This document shows, piece by piece, positions 18,540-29,033 of a stretch of DNA of 64,000 bases (position 1 is the stretch's first letter; every line of letters begins with the position of its first letter). The notes beneath the pieces were generated by a model. The model made no database searches and was not told where the DNA came from. It worked only from the letters and a program-made list of their open reading frames with translations. The position numbers were made by a program, and so were the translations under genes. This stretch comes from an uncultured virus (IMG/VR IMGVR_UViG_3300050035_000427). Taxonomy: Duplodnaviria > Heunggongvirae > Uroviricota > Caudoviricetes. The stretch lies in IMG/VR virus record IMGVR_UViG_3300050035_000427. One strand, given 5' to 3'.

Positions 18540-19412
18540 TTAGAGCTCTTCCACGTCATCCAGGGACTGGTCTTCGGCACCGGCCACCAGAGACTGAAGA
18601 ACGATCTTCATCTCTGCCAGTGATACCTTCTTGCCCAGCTTGGAATTCAACTTCTTGCGGTCCATGAACTTGGCACAAGCCTCCTTGACTTCGGCGACGA
18701 GTGCTTCGTTCTGGCGCCAGCGAGCGTTGTCGGTGGCCATGACGAACTTGTATCCGATACCGCTGTCCTTGTGGGTCATCACGATATCGAGGTCAGTCAC
18801 AACCTTACCTTCGGGAGCCAGTTCGCTGATGTCGCGGTAGTTGGTCTGTCCCAGCTGAACGTATTCAATTGCCCATTCAATGGGAGGAACTCTACCGTGT
18901 TCATCCTTGCGATACTTGCCATCCTTGGAAGGAGCATTGGTGTAGTGAAGTACCAGAGCAGCAATCGTCAACTGACCGTCTTCTGCCAACTTCTTGCAGC
19001 AGAGGCCAGGTTCATCTTCAGTCGCCAGGCAACGGAACGTGCCCTTCTTGTCGATGAAATGAGTGAGTGCTCTCAGAGGCTTGAGCCAGGGGATGATGGC
19101 GAAGCGGACAGCCTTGCCCTTCTCAGGACGGAGGCGATCCAGGCCACCAGAACGGGACATGGTCTTTTCATCTCCCCATTCCAGTTCATCAGCGATGCTG
19201 TCATCAGTCGCGGCGGCGGCGGACTTCTTGCCCTTGATTACAGGCTCGTCGTCATCACCTTCGTCTGCTCCTGAGGCAGCAGTCGTCTTCTTCTCAGGCT
19301 CTGCGGTCTTCTTGGTTTCAGGCTCTTCAGCCTTCTTGACTTCCGGTTCAGTCGTCTTCTTTGCGGTTACAGCAGCGTCGAGTTCGTCGTCAATTTCAGT
19401 GAATTTTGCCAC
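18540..19412 (-). CDS. single-stranded DNA-binding protein (gp32-like)
   Basis: VRFAII, HF...CL...CC zinc motif, acidic C-terminus, recombination-cluster context. Confidence 0.7.
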   Translation of the reverse strand: MAKFTEIDDELDAAVTAKKTTEPEVKKAEEPETKKTAEPEKKTTAASGADEGDDDEPVIKGKKSAAAATDDSIADELEWGDEKTMSRSGGLDRLRPEKGKAVRFAIIPWLKPLRALTHFIDKKGTFRCLATEDEPGLCCKKLAEDGQLTIAALVLHYTNAPSKDGKYRKDEHGRVPPIEWAIEYVQLGQTNYRDISELAPEGKVVTDLDIVMTHKDSGIGYKFVMATDNARWRQNEALVAEVKEACAKFMDRKKLNSKLGKKVSLAEMKIVLQSLVAGAEDQSLDDVEEL

Positions 19413-19494
19413 GTTGTTATCTCCAGTGTTAGTTTGGATTGCGTCGTAGACGCTGGGTATTTAATACTGTTACTAGGCTCTAGCCGGCAGATAA

Positions 19495-19824
19495 CTACTT
19501 GACTACTTCCAGCTTACGCAGGTCACCCAGCGTGGTGAACTTCACCTTGCGCTTGGTGCTGGTCTGAGTAAGTTCACCGTTGCGGAATGGGTTCTTGCGG
19601 AGCTTGCCCAAGTTGTGCTTCACGATCAGCTTTCCGAGACTCGGAACGCGAAGGGTGTAGCCATCTTGGTCAATATGTGAACTCACGATCTGGTAGACGC
19701 TGTCGAAGACTGCCTTGGTAATCTTCTCAGCTTCCTTCTTCTCGGTAAGTCCCAGCGCAGTTTGCACGGCAGCGACGATCTGCTCCGGCCCTTCCATCGG
19801 AAGTTTTGCCATTGGTTGAATCAC
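19495..19824 (-). CDS. HU/IHF-like DNA-binding protein
   Basis: LRVPSLGKL, RKNPFRNGE, RKVKF. Confidence 0.8.
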   Translation of the reverse strand: MIQPMAKLPMEGPEQIVAAVQTALGLTEKKEAEKITKAVFDSVYQIVSSHIDQDGYTLRVPSLGKLIVKHNLGKLRKNPFRNGELTQTSTKRKVKFTTLGDLRKLEVVK

Positions 19825-19890
19825 CTTTCTCTGTCAGAGAGTAATCCCTGAAGATTGATGATTCTGAATACTGGGAAATGGTGGATTTTG

Positions 19891-20658
19891 CTAGTTCCAT
19901 ATCTTAGAAATTTGAAGGGCACACACGAAAGCACTGGATTTTCGAACACGCCATTTTGATAAACATCTAATCGATTGGTCCACTCTCCCCAGGTCAAGCG
20001 ATATCTGGCGTAATCTATTGAATCTCGTTTGACTGATGCCGAACTTACGAGCAGCCGGGAAATCGTTCTCATGGGCAAAGACGTAGCCAACCAAGTCACG
20101 ATACAATACATTCAATCGATAGGATGGTTCTACTTCCGCTGGAATCCAGTGATTACTTTCCCAGGGTGCTGGCCATAGGGGAGCACTCTTCAGAGGTACA
20201 TCACCAGTTAGCTGCCACACAGCCTCCCACAGTGCTCCGCGTATGTCTACAATTTCCGATTCACGGCATACCTCACGACTAACTGCTTCTAACTTCTCTT
20301 TTACTGGCTTTTCTTCACCAAGGATCTCAGATGCCACCCTCACGAGAGCATTCATTCCTGCTGATCCACTCTCTAAGGGTTGAATGGACCAGATGCCAGT
20401 TTTCTTCTTGACATCAGGACTCAGATCAATGCAGTTCGAAGATGTGACTCGCAGGAGGAGATTCTCATCCTTCCCCAGTAAGTCATCATCCTTGACAGTT
20501 TCTCTATCCTGGCACACCAAATCCAAGAGTTGTTCAGCGAACCGGATCTGCGCTCTGTCGAACCCAACCAAGATGTTGTTCTTGGACCTCGACTTCTTGC
20601 TGATCAGGAGAGGAACCTGAGGGAACTCAGTGGCGGTGTTGTTCTTTACTTTGACCAT
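19891..20658 (-). CDS. hypothetical protein
   Basis: 255-aa ORF in operon. Confidence 0.7.
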   Translation of the reverse strand: MVKVKNNTATEFPQVPLLISKKSRSKNNILVGFDRAQIRFAEQLLDLVCQDRETVKDDDLLGKDENLLLRVTSSNCIDLSPDVKKKTGIWSIQPLESGSAGMNALVRVASEILGEEKPVKEKLEAVSREVCRESEIVDIRGALWEAVWQLTGDVPLKSAPLWPAPWESNHWIPAEVEPSYRLNVLYRDLVGYVFAHENDFPAARKFGISQTRFNRLRQISLDLGRVDQSIRCLSKWRVRKSSAFVCALQISKIWN

Positions 20659-21572
20659 GGATGCAAATACTCAGGAGCATGAGTACGGACCTCTGCGATC
20701 CGCTTGTCTTCGATCTCAACTTCTTCAGTCGCGATGCGAGCCTTGATTGCCAGCACCTTGTTGATAATCCAGCTTCCAACAGTGGCTTCCTCTCGATAGT
20801 CAGCCATTCCCAAGATGTCCAGGAACCCATCCTTCCGGATGATCTCCATCTGCTTGAAACCCTTGGCGTTGGCATACACTCCGACCGCGAACCCGCCATA
20901 CTTGCGGACCTGTTCGAAGGCATAGACGTCGCTGACTCCATCACCAACATAGATCATGTTCTTGTATGGAATGAGGTACTGCTCCGGAGGCAAAGGGACA
21001 CAGGCGTCGTAGAAGAATTCAGCACAGCCCTTGGCGATCTCTTCGAGCACTCTGACCTTGTCAGAGGGGAGCAAGGTCTTGGCTACAGAAACGATGTGAC
21101 CCTGTGGAACTCGCTGAGGCTTGCCGTCGAGACCTGTCTCCCAAACGTAGTCAAGGAACTCCGCTCCTTGGATGTTCTTGTCCTGCACGATAGGCTTGAT
21201 GGACGGGTGCTCAAGGAGCATGGCCCGGATGCCAGAGGTCACAATGTGGACTTCGGCGCCAAGTTCATCGAGTTTCTTGATGATCGTGTCAAGGCCAGGG
21301 AAGGTGGGTATCTTGCAGCCAATCTCTGTCAAACGAGGATTGTCGAGATCCTTCATCGTCCCATTACAGGCACATTCCACAAGATAGTTGAGATACTCAT
21401 GCTCGACGAAGACGCGGGTGTTCAGGTACTTGGTGTCTTCGTGAGCGCGGCGGTGTACTTCTTCCCAGAAGGTTCGTTCGGGGATGCCATAATGAGTAAA
21501 GATGGGACCCTCCATGTACATTGGAGAACATGTATGGTCCCAATCTAAGACGACGGCAATTCTCTGTTTCAT
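20646..21572 (-). CDS. HAD-superfamily hydrolase
   Basis: DWDHT, VTSG, YVGDGVSD. Confidence 0.9.
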   Translation of the reverse strand: MKQRIAVVLDWDHTCSPMYMEGPIFTHYGIPERTFWEEVHRRAHEDTKYLNTRVFVEHEYLNYLVECACNGTMKDLDNPRLTEIGCKIPTFPGLDTIIKKLDELGAEVHIVTSGIRAMLLEHPSIKPIVQDKNIQGAEFLDYVWETGLDGKPQRVPQGHIVSVAKTLLPSDKVRVLEEIAKGCAEFFYDACVPLPPEQYLIPYKNMIYVGDGVSDVYAFEQVRKYGGFAVGVYANAKGFKQMEIIRKDGFLDILGMADYREEATVGSWIINKVLAIKARIATEEVEIEDKRIAEVRTHAPEYLHPWSK

Positions 21573-21592
21573 TCGTCTCTATTACTGGGTGA

Positions 21593-22633
21593 TTAGTAAT
21601 CCTTGTCTAACTCCTCAGAAGAAACCTTCTTCAAGTGAACCGTTGCTTTGATAGCCTTCTGAGTCTCCTCCCAGTACTTGTCCACTGAATGAGGGTCAAG
21701 TCCGTTGGCCTCGGCATACTTCTCCCAGAACTCCTCAGTTCTCGTCGCCTTGAAAGCATCGATAGCTTCCTGCTGTCCGGAAGTGTACTTTGGCTCCGGA
21801 GCTAGGATATCGTTCCAGCGATCGATGGTAAGAAGGAAATCAGGTGAATTCTTGCCACATCGTCCAGCAAGGCAGTAACCTGTGATGACTGGCCAATCCT
21901 GATGAGGATCGTATGGCCCTTCAAGATGCCACATCACGTCAAAGCGAGGAATCATACTCTCCCCGGAAGTATTTGAATCAGGAACAGCATACCTGGTATC
22001 TCCAAGATTCCAACCAGACCAAGACTGAGGAGGATTGTTTTCCAGTGAAGAATTGGGACAATTATCAATGAAGTCGCTGCCGATAACGACAGGTTTGTCG
22101 GATTTCAACTGAGTGACGACGTACTTCAATACATAGATGTTTAGTGAGCCTTCAACATACCGCTGATACAACCAGCCAGTCTTACGCTCGTACCAGTGAT
22201 CCCAGTAGTCGTTCTGCATAGTGTGAGACAAAAACTTATCGCCTTGTCCACAGAAAGAAAGAGCCTGATGAGGCCATTCAATCTTCTCCTCAGTCTTTCC
22301 GTAGATCTTCACATTCACTAAAACAGTCCCAATGGAGGTATCTCCGTTTGAAGACTGAGATCCATCTATTATATAGATGAGAGGTACATTTCCTAGAGGA
22401 GTTCCGGCACTATGCCGAGAATCAACGATATGATCCATCATGTAACTTACGTGTTGGGCATGTTCCTTTTCTGGATTGGCCAACCACACCATACCCCAGA
22501 TAGTGAAAATAACCACGCCCATTGCCAGCAAACTGAAGACCTTCAGCACATAGAAAGCTAGTTTGAATGGTGCCAGTAAGAACGCTGCTGCTTCTCCAAG
22601 CCAACTAAACTGTCCCATGATGTATCCCTCCAA
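21593..22633 (-). CDS. membrane-anchored hypothetical protein
   Basis: N-terminal hydrophobic segments; promoter motif upstream. Confidence 0.75.
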   Translation of the reverse strand: MEGYIMGQFSWLGEAAAFLLAPFKLAFYVLKVFSLLAMGVVIFTIWGMVWLANPEKEHAQHVSYMMDHIVDSRHSAGTPLGNVPLIYIIDGSQSSNGDTSIGTVLVNVKIYGKTEEKIEWPHQALSFCGQGDKFLSHTMQNDYWDHWYERKTGWLYQRYVEGSLNIYVLKYVVTQLKSDKPVVIGSDFIDNCPNSSLENNPPQSWSGWNLGDTRYAVPDSNTSGESMIPRFDVMWHLEGPYDPHQDWPVITGYCLAGRCGKNSPDFLLTIDRWNDILAPEPKYTSGQQEAIDAFKATRTEEFWEKYAEANGLDPHSVDKYWEETQKAIKATVHLKKVSSEELDKDY

Positions 22634-22638
22634 GAGTA

Positions 22639-22666
22639 TCTACCACTCTGGAAGGCGGATCGGTTA
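22639..22666 (-). promoter_or_regulatory. phage promoter motif copy 4
   Basis: TAACCGATCC-N13-GTAGA. Confidence 0.65.
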
Positions 22667-23389
22667 CACAAGAGCCAGTTTCGGCCTCTCCTTTTGAAAT
22701 GCACGATGTGAGTCTGACAGAATTTCAATAAACTTCTGAATGTCGACCATGTGCCAGTACACGCGAGCACCACAGGGAGTCGTCTTGAATTCGAAACCTT
22801 CGTTTTCGAACAAGCCAAAGGCACATCCGACTGCAAGGAAAGTGTCCACCATCTGACCCATCATCTTTCTGACAATATCCTCGGTCTCTGCCCTGTTGAC
22901 TTTCCTGCCTTGCTTGTCAGCCGTCACTGTGAACTTGATCTTGGCGAGTACCTGATCCAAAGCACCTCGATTGGTGTCCTCCTTCTCAAGATGATTCAAC
23001 ATGACCATGAGGATCTTCCGGAGAAGAGGCTTCAGTCTTTTCTGCTGGTTGTATACTTGCTCGAGCACTATATCCTGCACAAGCACGGCCACTCCGAATG
23101 TTCCACCCCATTTGCCATCCTCACTTACCTGGGAAACGGCCTGATTGAACTCGGTCAGAGTAGGCATCAATGACCACTTTTCTAGAAGTTCCTTCTCCTG
23201 TCTGATGTATTCGAAAAGGCGATTCTCGTTTGGTTTGTTGAGATCAAGGTTGCTGCTGTCAATGGAGGCAAATTCCTTCTTGGCCTTAGCAGCGATCATC
23301 TTCTGAGTGTGCAGAACTCGAGAAAGGTCATCCAAACTCCGGATGACCACCAGAACTTTCGGCGGCGGAACCAATTCCTTCTTCTTCAT
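22664..23389 (-). CDS. hypothetical protein
   Basis: 241-aa ORF. Confidence 0.75.
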   Translation of the reverse strand: MKKKELVPPPKVLVVIRSLDDLSRVLHTQKMIAAKAKKEFASIDSSNLDLNKPNENRLFEYIRQEKELLEKWSLMPTLTEFNQAVSQVSEDGKWGGTFGVAVLVQDIVLEQVYNQQKRLKPLLRKILMVMLNHLEKEDTNRGALDQVLAKIKFTVTADKQGRKVNRAETEDIVRKMMGQMVDTFLAVGCAFGLFENEGFEFKTTPCGARVYWHMVDIQKFIEILSDSHRAFQKERPKLALV

Positions 23390-23693
23390 GGTCTCTTTTC
23401 CTAGGTGGAACCCTCAGCATACGACAAACCAAATTCACCATCGGTCGGATCTGTTCACATACATCGGCAGGAAGATTTCCCACCTTGACGCAGAAGTAGA
23501 ATCCGTTGTAAACGTCGACTGTCCAAGTCACTTCGCGAGTCGAACCTGTGATTCTGTAGTTTGGTGCACCGGCATCCGAAAACCTCCACTCTCCCCTGAG
23601 AGGTTCGTCAAGAGGGATGGCCACTTGGAGAATTCGCCAAATGGTTGTCAGTTCGGAGCCGGTTGGCCAAATGATGTTCTTGACTCTTCTCAT
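23328..23693 (-). CDS. hypothetical protein
   Basis: ATGA overlap with helicase stop. Confidence 0.65.
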   Translation of the reverse strand: MRRVKNIIWPTGSELTTIWRILQVAIPLDEPLRGEWRFSDAGAPNYRITGSTREVTWTVDVYNGFYFCVKVGNLPADVCEQIRPMVNLVCRMLRVPPRKRDHEEEGIGSAAESSGGHPEFG

Positions 23694-25180
23694 AACAGAT
23701 AAGGGTCGATCACTTCATTGAGAGTCTTGTCCAGCATGTCAGTGGACATTACAACTCCACCATTCACAAGACCGGAATCTGAAGAAACCCCAATCATGAA
23801 TGGAGGGACGTTGCTCCGCCGCCGATTCTTGCAGGTGCCCAGCTTGATCTTCTGTTGGGCTTCTAAGTCTGAATCCGAAAACGTAAACATACAACCATCA
23901 AGCGACTTGTCGAATTCGGAATACTCGTAGACTCCCTCCATCTCCCATTTTCCTTCGTGCTTTTGAGCATCAGTGTATCCATCTCTATTGCCCTGAACTG
24001 GAGTCAGCAGACAGATCTTGCGCTTGTTTCCGAAGTTGAGGCACCACGATTTGGCATTCTTGATGAGACCGTTCATGACCTGGCGGTCTTGGCCCTTGGA
24101 GTACGAAGTATCGAGGAGAGTGAAGTAGTCGATGAGCAGTAGATCCACCGGTGCAATCTGTTGCTGAAGCTCCACCTGAGCCTGAACTCCTTCCAGGGTA
24201 CACTCGGAAGGTTGGCGAACGATGATATCCCCAGGAAGATTGTCAAGATCAGGTGCGACCACATTGAAGAGAAAGTCTTCCTGATCCGGAGTGAGATTGC
24301 CATCCTCAAGGTCATTGATGGAGATCTTGATATTGAAGTCCTTGAACTTCTCGTGATGACTGTGAATCACCGCATAGATGTTGTTTTCTTCCTCACAAGA
24401 TTGCTCCAAAGGGATGTGCATCACCTGGAATCCCTGGTTCGCGACGTTGTAGGCAATGGTGCGGCACAGGGAAGATTTACGCTGACCAGCGTATCCTAGA
24501 ACTCCCCAGAAGTTGCCACGCTTGAATCCTCCAATGATCTGGTCAATCGCCGCAATACCCGTCTTCATGGTTAGAGAACCTTTCAAGTTCTCCCTCTTGG
24601 CCAGGTTGTAGTTGTCACGAAGTTCGCTGGAAATTGCCTTGATGCTTCCGCCCACACTCTTCTGCTGAGAGGTCAGAATACCATTCTGAATCTGACCCAG
24701 CAGGTATACGAGGGCATCCTTGTTTCCAGCCAGCTTCTTCTTGGTCTTGGGATCCTCAACTGCACCATTGGCAATCTTCTTGGTGGCCTCTATAACCGCA
24801 TTGAGTTTCCAGTTCTCAAACTCGTCAGTCTTGTCACGCAGGACTTGATAGAGATCCTGAGCATCGAATCTCCTCAGTTCAGAGGCGGACTTCAGATCCT
24901 GGTAATTGGACAGAGCTTCTTGCAAACCCTCGCTCTTGTCCTGCTTGAGGACGATGTCCTCAATCATCTTGTAGGAGGGAGCTTCCCGGTGGGCTGTCCA
25001 GAAATTCCAGATCAGTTGCATCAGGGGAAGTTCGTAATCGGGCATACAAATGGCCCGAATCTGAACCATGTTGTCGGATACCCAGCGAAGGTTCGCTTTC
25101 ACGCGCTCGGATTCCTCTGGGGAGGAGTCCTTACGCAGTAGAGAGTGGAATAAATTCCAAAAATTGACCGTATCTGCCAT
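23690..25180 (-). CDS. DnaB-like replicative helicase
   Basis: TGIAAID..IGG, GYAGQRKS, LEQ, LIDYF, PVQGNR, KNRR. Confidence 0.9.
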   Translation of the reverse strand: MADTVNFWNLFHSLLRKDSSPEESERVKANLRWVSDNMVQIRAICMPDYELPLMQLIWNFWTAHREAPSYKMIEDIVLKQDKSEGLQEALSNYQDLKSASELRRFDAQDLYQVLRDKTDEFENWKLNAVIEATKKIANGAVEDPKTKKKLAGNKDALVYLLGQIQNGILTSQQKSVGGSIKAISSELRDNYNLAKRENLKGSLTMKTGIAAIDQIIGGFKRGNFWGVLGYAGQRKSSLCRTIAYNVANQGFQVMHIPLEQSCEEENNIYAVIHSHHEKFKDFNIKISINDLEDGNLTPDQEDFLFNVVAPDLDNLPGDIIVRQPSECTLEGVQAQVELQQQIAPVDLLLIDYFTLLDTSYSKGQDRQVMNGLIKNAKSWCLNFGNKRKICLLTPVQGNRDGYTDAQKHEGKWEMEGVYEYSEFDKSLDGCMFTFSDSDLEAQQKIKLGTCKNRRRSNVPPFMIGVSSDSGLVNGGVVMSTDMLDKTLNEVIDPYLL

Positions 25181-25233
25181 AGAAGGCGAGCACCTTTGGC
25201 TCGCCTTCTCCAATACTTGGCAGGTGAGTTTTG

Positions 25234-25674
25234 CTAGTAGTAACGGTCACCTTCATGGCGAAGGCTGTCGGACTTGGTGCCGAACATTCCCATCTTGTCC
25301 AGTGCTTTGTAGATATTGCTCCTGCTTTTTTCGTAGGCAGCAAGGATGTCACCACCCACTGCCTTGCGGACGGTGGGAACGACCCTTCCAAGACGGTCCC
25401 AGGCTACATCAGGCCCATTGGTGGTCAGAACTTCGTACACAATCTTCTTCTCCAGCTGGAGCCGGGGATTCCTCTGTCTCTGCAGGTCACTGTAGGAGCC
25501 GTAATCTCCTGGATCCGATGACTTGGCTAGACCGATGCTCCTGGGATACCTCTGTGCGATTTCCTCGAGAGACTCGACAGCGGCCTTCCTCTTCAACAGA
25601 GGATGCTTCGCGCTAGATTCCTTTTCGCCAGAATAGAAATCTTCGTCCTCGATACTTCGTAGGAGGCAGACCAT
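25234..25674 (-). CDS. hypothetical protein (start uncertain)
   Basis: ORF; KHPLLKRKAA motif resembles KLLQKSAA of a neighbour. Confidence 0.55.
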   Translation of the reverse strand: MVCLLRSIEDEDFYSGEKESSAKHPLLKRKAAVESLEEIAQRYPRSIGLAKSSDPGDYGSYSDLQRQRNPRLQLEKKIVYEVLTTNGPDVAWDRLGRVVPTVRKAVGGDILAAYEKSRSNIYKALDKMGMFGTKSDSLRHEGDRYY

Positions 25675-26563
25675 CTTCTTCTCTTTTGCGCTCTTGATCG
25701 AAGAACTCCTGCAGGGGAACTTTTCTGATCTCAGGCTTGCCCTTCTCAGAAAACTCAGGTGGAACTGCACCCTTGGGACTTTCCCCAATAGCCTCCGTCT
25801 CCTTGCGATCGAACTCGCGATCCATGTCCTCGCGCCAGCCGGCAATCAAAACGAACTTCTTGGAGGAGGATTTCCTCATCTTGTTCATTGAGCGGAGATA
25901 CTCAATCAGCTGCTTCTCTTCCTCTTTTGTTGTGTTTTCTGGGATCATCATCGAAGACCGGCCTTCGTGAAGAACTCGATACTTCGAAGGCTGACCCGTT
26001 TCTTCTCTCCTCCGTTCGTGTTCAAAGAACTCCTGCATAGGAACCTTACGGATCTCTGGTTCTGGAGGAAGGTCTTTCTCCTTTTGGTCGTATTCACGTT
26101 CCATTTCGTCACGCCAGCCAGCTACCAGGACGAACTTCTTCTTGGCATAGACGCTCTGTCGGGGAGTAGGAGTTCCTCCTCCCATGATGGCCATTATCGG
26201 AAGTGAACTCCAAATGCTGATTGATGGGCAGACAAAGGTGAAGTTGCTTGCACCTCTAGTGGCTTTCCACGTCTTTCCATCGGAATCACGAAAATCGATC
26301 TGATCATCCATGGCCAATCCACGGAGAGCATTGACCGTCGACGGATTCATCTTGGGGATGACACTGTCATCACGCTTGGGCCTGGAAGGTCCAAAAATCC
26401 CAGCGGTCTTCTTCAACTCATCGAAGCCACGATTGCATCCATGGCAGTAATACTTATGTGGAGCCTCAGCTTCCGGATTCTCGATGTAGACCGGCTTGTG
26501 GCCGCATAGAGGACAAGGTTCCTCAATCAGTGAACCCTCAGGAAAGATTGGCTTCAACGGCAT
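25613..26563 (-). CDS. hypothetical protein with zinc ribbon and internal duplication
   Basis: CPLCG..CHGC; KKFVL(V/I)AGWR..M.RE.D...PEIRKVP.QEFF present twice. Confidence 0.75.
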   Translation of the reverse strand: MPLKPIFPEGSLIEEPCPLCGHKPVYIENPEAEAPHKYYCHGCNRGFDELKKTAGIFGPSRPKRDDSVIPKMNPSTVNALRGLAMDDQIDFRDSDGKTWKATRGASNFTFVCPSISIWSSLPIMAIMGGGTPTPRQSVYAKKKFVLVAGWRDEMEREYDQKEKDLPPEPEIRKVPMQEFFEHERRREETGQPSKYRVLHEGRSSMMIPENTTKEEEKQLIEYLRSMNKMRKSSSKKFVLIAGWREDMDREFDRKETEAIGESPKGAVPPEFSEKGKPEIRKVPLQEFFDQERKREEDGLPPTKYRGRRFLFWRKGI

Positions 26564-26574
26564 AGTGACTCCGA

Positions 26575-27210
26575 TCACATGAACATGACTCCACGAGGAT
26601 GCCACACAACCTTACCGATGGTCACTCCTGGCATGTAGTCTTCTTTGATGGCTGCATTTGCAATGGCTCTGGCGTGCTTCTCGTTCTTGGCTACAACGTC
26701 GATCTCTTCACTCATGTCCTCATCATCTTCTCCCGTATCTGGATCCTTGAAGGTAGTGAAGATGGTGTAGGTGTCCATGTCATTGGGATACGGGTACTTC
26801 TTGTCGAAGTATCCGCGATAATCACCTTTGACTGCTTCTTCACTTCTTCCCAACTCGATCTGTGGAAGATTATCAGGACGGAAAGGATCTTTCTTGACCC
26901 GAAGGACGTTCTTCACCTTGGAGATGAGGTCGCGAGGACGAGTCCCATCGTCACCCATGCGAGACTTCTCATTGGTATAATCCCAGGTGCCAAGATCCAG
27001 GTTGAGGACTACCACATGTTGATCTTTGCGAAACTCTGAGATGTTGCCCTGCCACTTCTTTCCTCCACCAAAGGTTGCTCGGAAAGCTGGATCTTTGGGA
27101 TCCTGCCTCTTCTCGGTGAAGCCTTGAGACAACAGCCACTTCTTGGCTTCCTCGGGAGGGATAGGAGGAAACTGAGGTGCGGCGGATTTCTGTAAGAGTT
27201 TGCTTTTCAA
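26575..27210 (-). CDS. hypothetical protein
   Basis: 211-aa ORF with GAGG RBS. Confidence 0.75.
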   Translation of the reverse strand: MKSKLLQKSAAPQFPPIPPEEAKKWLLSQGFTEKRQDPKDPAFRATFGGGKKWQGNISEFRKDQHVVVLNLDLGTWDYTNEKSRMGDDGTRPRDLISKVKNVLRVKKDPFRPDNLPQIELGRSEEAVKGDYRGYFDKKYPYPNDMDTYTIFTTFKDPDTGEDDEDMSEEIDVVAKNEKHARAIANAAIKEDYMPGVTIGKVVWHPRGVMFM

Positions 27211-27248
27211 AGGTTTTCCCTCTACATTCTGAGTTCGTAATTCACTTC

Positions 27249-28988
27249 TTATCTAGGAATCAATGCGTTGACCCACCAGCGAGGCAACATGCGACCCGAC
27301 CGGCGGAGGAGGTTCTCGAAATCAGCATCGAGCAGCCATCCGTGAGCCTTATCTTCCCGGGAACGAACCACACGACCGAACTCCTGAACGATCGCCAGCA
27401 GGGTCATGTAGTCATACCAGTCCTTGTCGCGCTTCATGCGCGCTTCGACATAGGGATCGATGTAGAGGAAGGGAACCTTGATGACGATACAGAAGCGACC
27501 CAGATCTTCATTCAGATCCAGACCCTCAGTCATGGACGGAGAGATCAGCACCGTGTCATCTTCACGCTCAGCATGCTCAAGGACAGCGGCCTCGCGGCTG
27601 CCAGTATCGCTCGTATGAGTCACGACCCGGTATCCGTGGCGAGTGGAGCGCAGATGGATGATCACCTGTTTGGCAAATTCGTAACTGTTGGTGTGGATGA
27701 TTCCCTTCTTGCCGGAGTACTTGTCTAGTAGCTTCTCCACGAAGAGTACCATCTTGGGCATGGTGAGTTCCCGCATCCGCATGCCAGTTTCCTTGTCAAC
27801 TCGAGCCGCCATGCTACCAATCTTCTGGAAATACACCGGACGATTCTCGACAGGAAAGTCACTGTCGATTCGAACACAGATTGCGTCAGCTGGGTTGATG
27901 CCCAGGTTGCGCATGAAGAAGTTGAAATCGAGGATGGTCGCGCTCATGATGACCACCATCTCTGCCTTGTCGAACAGAATCTCATCGGCGAACATCGTGG
28001 CAGTCAGAGGCTTGATGAGCAATTCTTCCTTGGTTCCACTCCTCTTGTTCTCTTCGGTTGTGAAACAAAGCCAGTTCAGCATGTCGTCGGAAGCCATGAA
28101 CCGATTCAGCCGGCAAATGAACTTGTCCCAGCTATCGAGCTTCTTGATCAGCTTCATCAGGTCTTCACGATTCTTGCCACCTTCGAGATAGGAGATGTCT
28201 GAATCGATGCGAGCCATCTCAATCTGATTGGTGAGATCAGTCATGTGCTGTTGAGCAGTGGGAATGAAAGTTTCCGACAACCACTTCTTGCACTTGAGAT
28301 TCTCACCAGGCTTGAAGGTCGGGATGCGACCCAGGCCCAACTCTTCAGTCTTGTAACGAGAGATGACCGTGTCAGCGAAACCTAGAACCTGAGACTCGGT
28401 GTTATGACCTTCGTCAAGGATCAGCATCTTGCGATTCTTGAGCTGACCAGCATACTGGGTTTCGTTCAGATAGAAAGCGAAATTCGTTACACCAATGGGG
28501 TTGTCGATGAAACGCTTCTTGGCGATCTTGTAGGGGCAGTCCATGCAGCAGGATCGATTGTCACCCTCTTTGCTGGCGTTGTTGATGATCGCCGCAGAGT
28601 CACAATCAGTATCGTGTGTTGTGCACCAGTAATTCGCTTTGCCTTTGAGTTCCAGCAGACCATTGATCTCGAAATCCTTCATGTACTGAGCGGTCAAGGT
28701 CTTTTGTGGAGAAAGGATGTAGGCACCTGGCTGAGTCAGCGGGTGATCGACTTGGAGAGTCTTAGCCCAGGACGCGGCGGCCATTGCAATGCCAGATTTA
28801 CCAGAGCCGGTCGGAGCCTCGATGATGACGAACTTCTTGTGTTCAGCATAGGCACGAGTGATTTCATCGAGTGCCACATCCTGAGCAGGTCGAATCCCTG
28901 GAAACGGAAAGTGATCCCTGATGACTGGCGAATTGAGCCAGGCAAGGTTCTTCACTGTAGGATTCAGTTGCACCAGGTCAGTTGCCAT
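27249..28988 (-). CDS. DinG/XPD-family SF2 helicase
   Basis: APTGSGKS, Fe-S Cys cluster, DEGH, MSAT, EGLDL, QEFGRVVRS. Confidence 0.95.
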   Translation of the reverse strand: MATDLVQLNPTVKNLAWLNSPVIRDHFPFPGIRPAQDVALDEITRAYAEHKKFVIIEAPTGSGKSGIAMAAASWAKTLQVDHPLTQPGAYILSPQKTLTAQYMKDFEINGLLELKGKANYWCTTHDTDCDSAAIINNASKEGDNRSCCMDCPYKIAKKRFIDNPIGVTNFAFYLNETQYAGQLKNRKMLILDEGHNTESQVLGFADTVISRYKTEELGLGRIPTFKPGENLKCKKWLSETFIPTAQQHMTDLTNQIEMARIDSDISYLEGGKNREDLMKLIKKLDSWDKFICRLNRFMASDDMLNWLCFTTEENKRSGTKEELLIKPLTATMFADEILFDKAEMVVIMSATILDFNFFMRNLGINPADAICVRIDSDFPVENRPVYFQKIGSMAARVDKETGMRMRELTMPKMVLFVEKLLDKYSGKKGIIHTNSYEFAKQVIIHLRSTRHGYRVVTHTSDTGSREAAVLEHAEREDDTVLISPSMTEGLDLNEDLGRFCIVIKVPFLYIDPYVEARMKRDKDWYDYMTLLAIVQEFGRVVRSREDKAHGWLLDADFENLLRRSGRMLPRWWVNALIPR

Positions 28989-29005
28989 CTTCCCTCCACG
29001 TTCAT

Positions 29006-29033
29006 TCTACTGTACGAGAACTCGGATCGGTTA
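29006..29033 (-). promoter_or_regulatory. phage promoter motif copy 5
   Basis: TAACCGATCC-N13-GTAGA. Confidence 0.65.
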
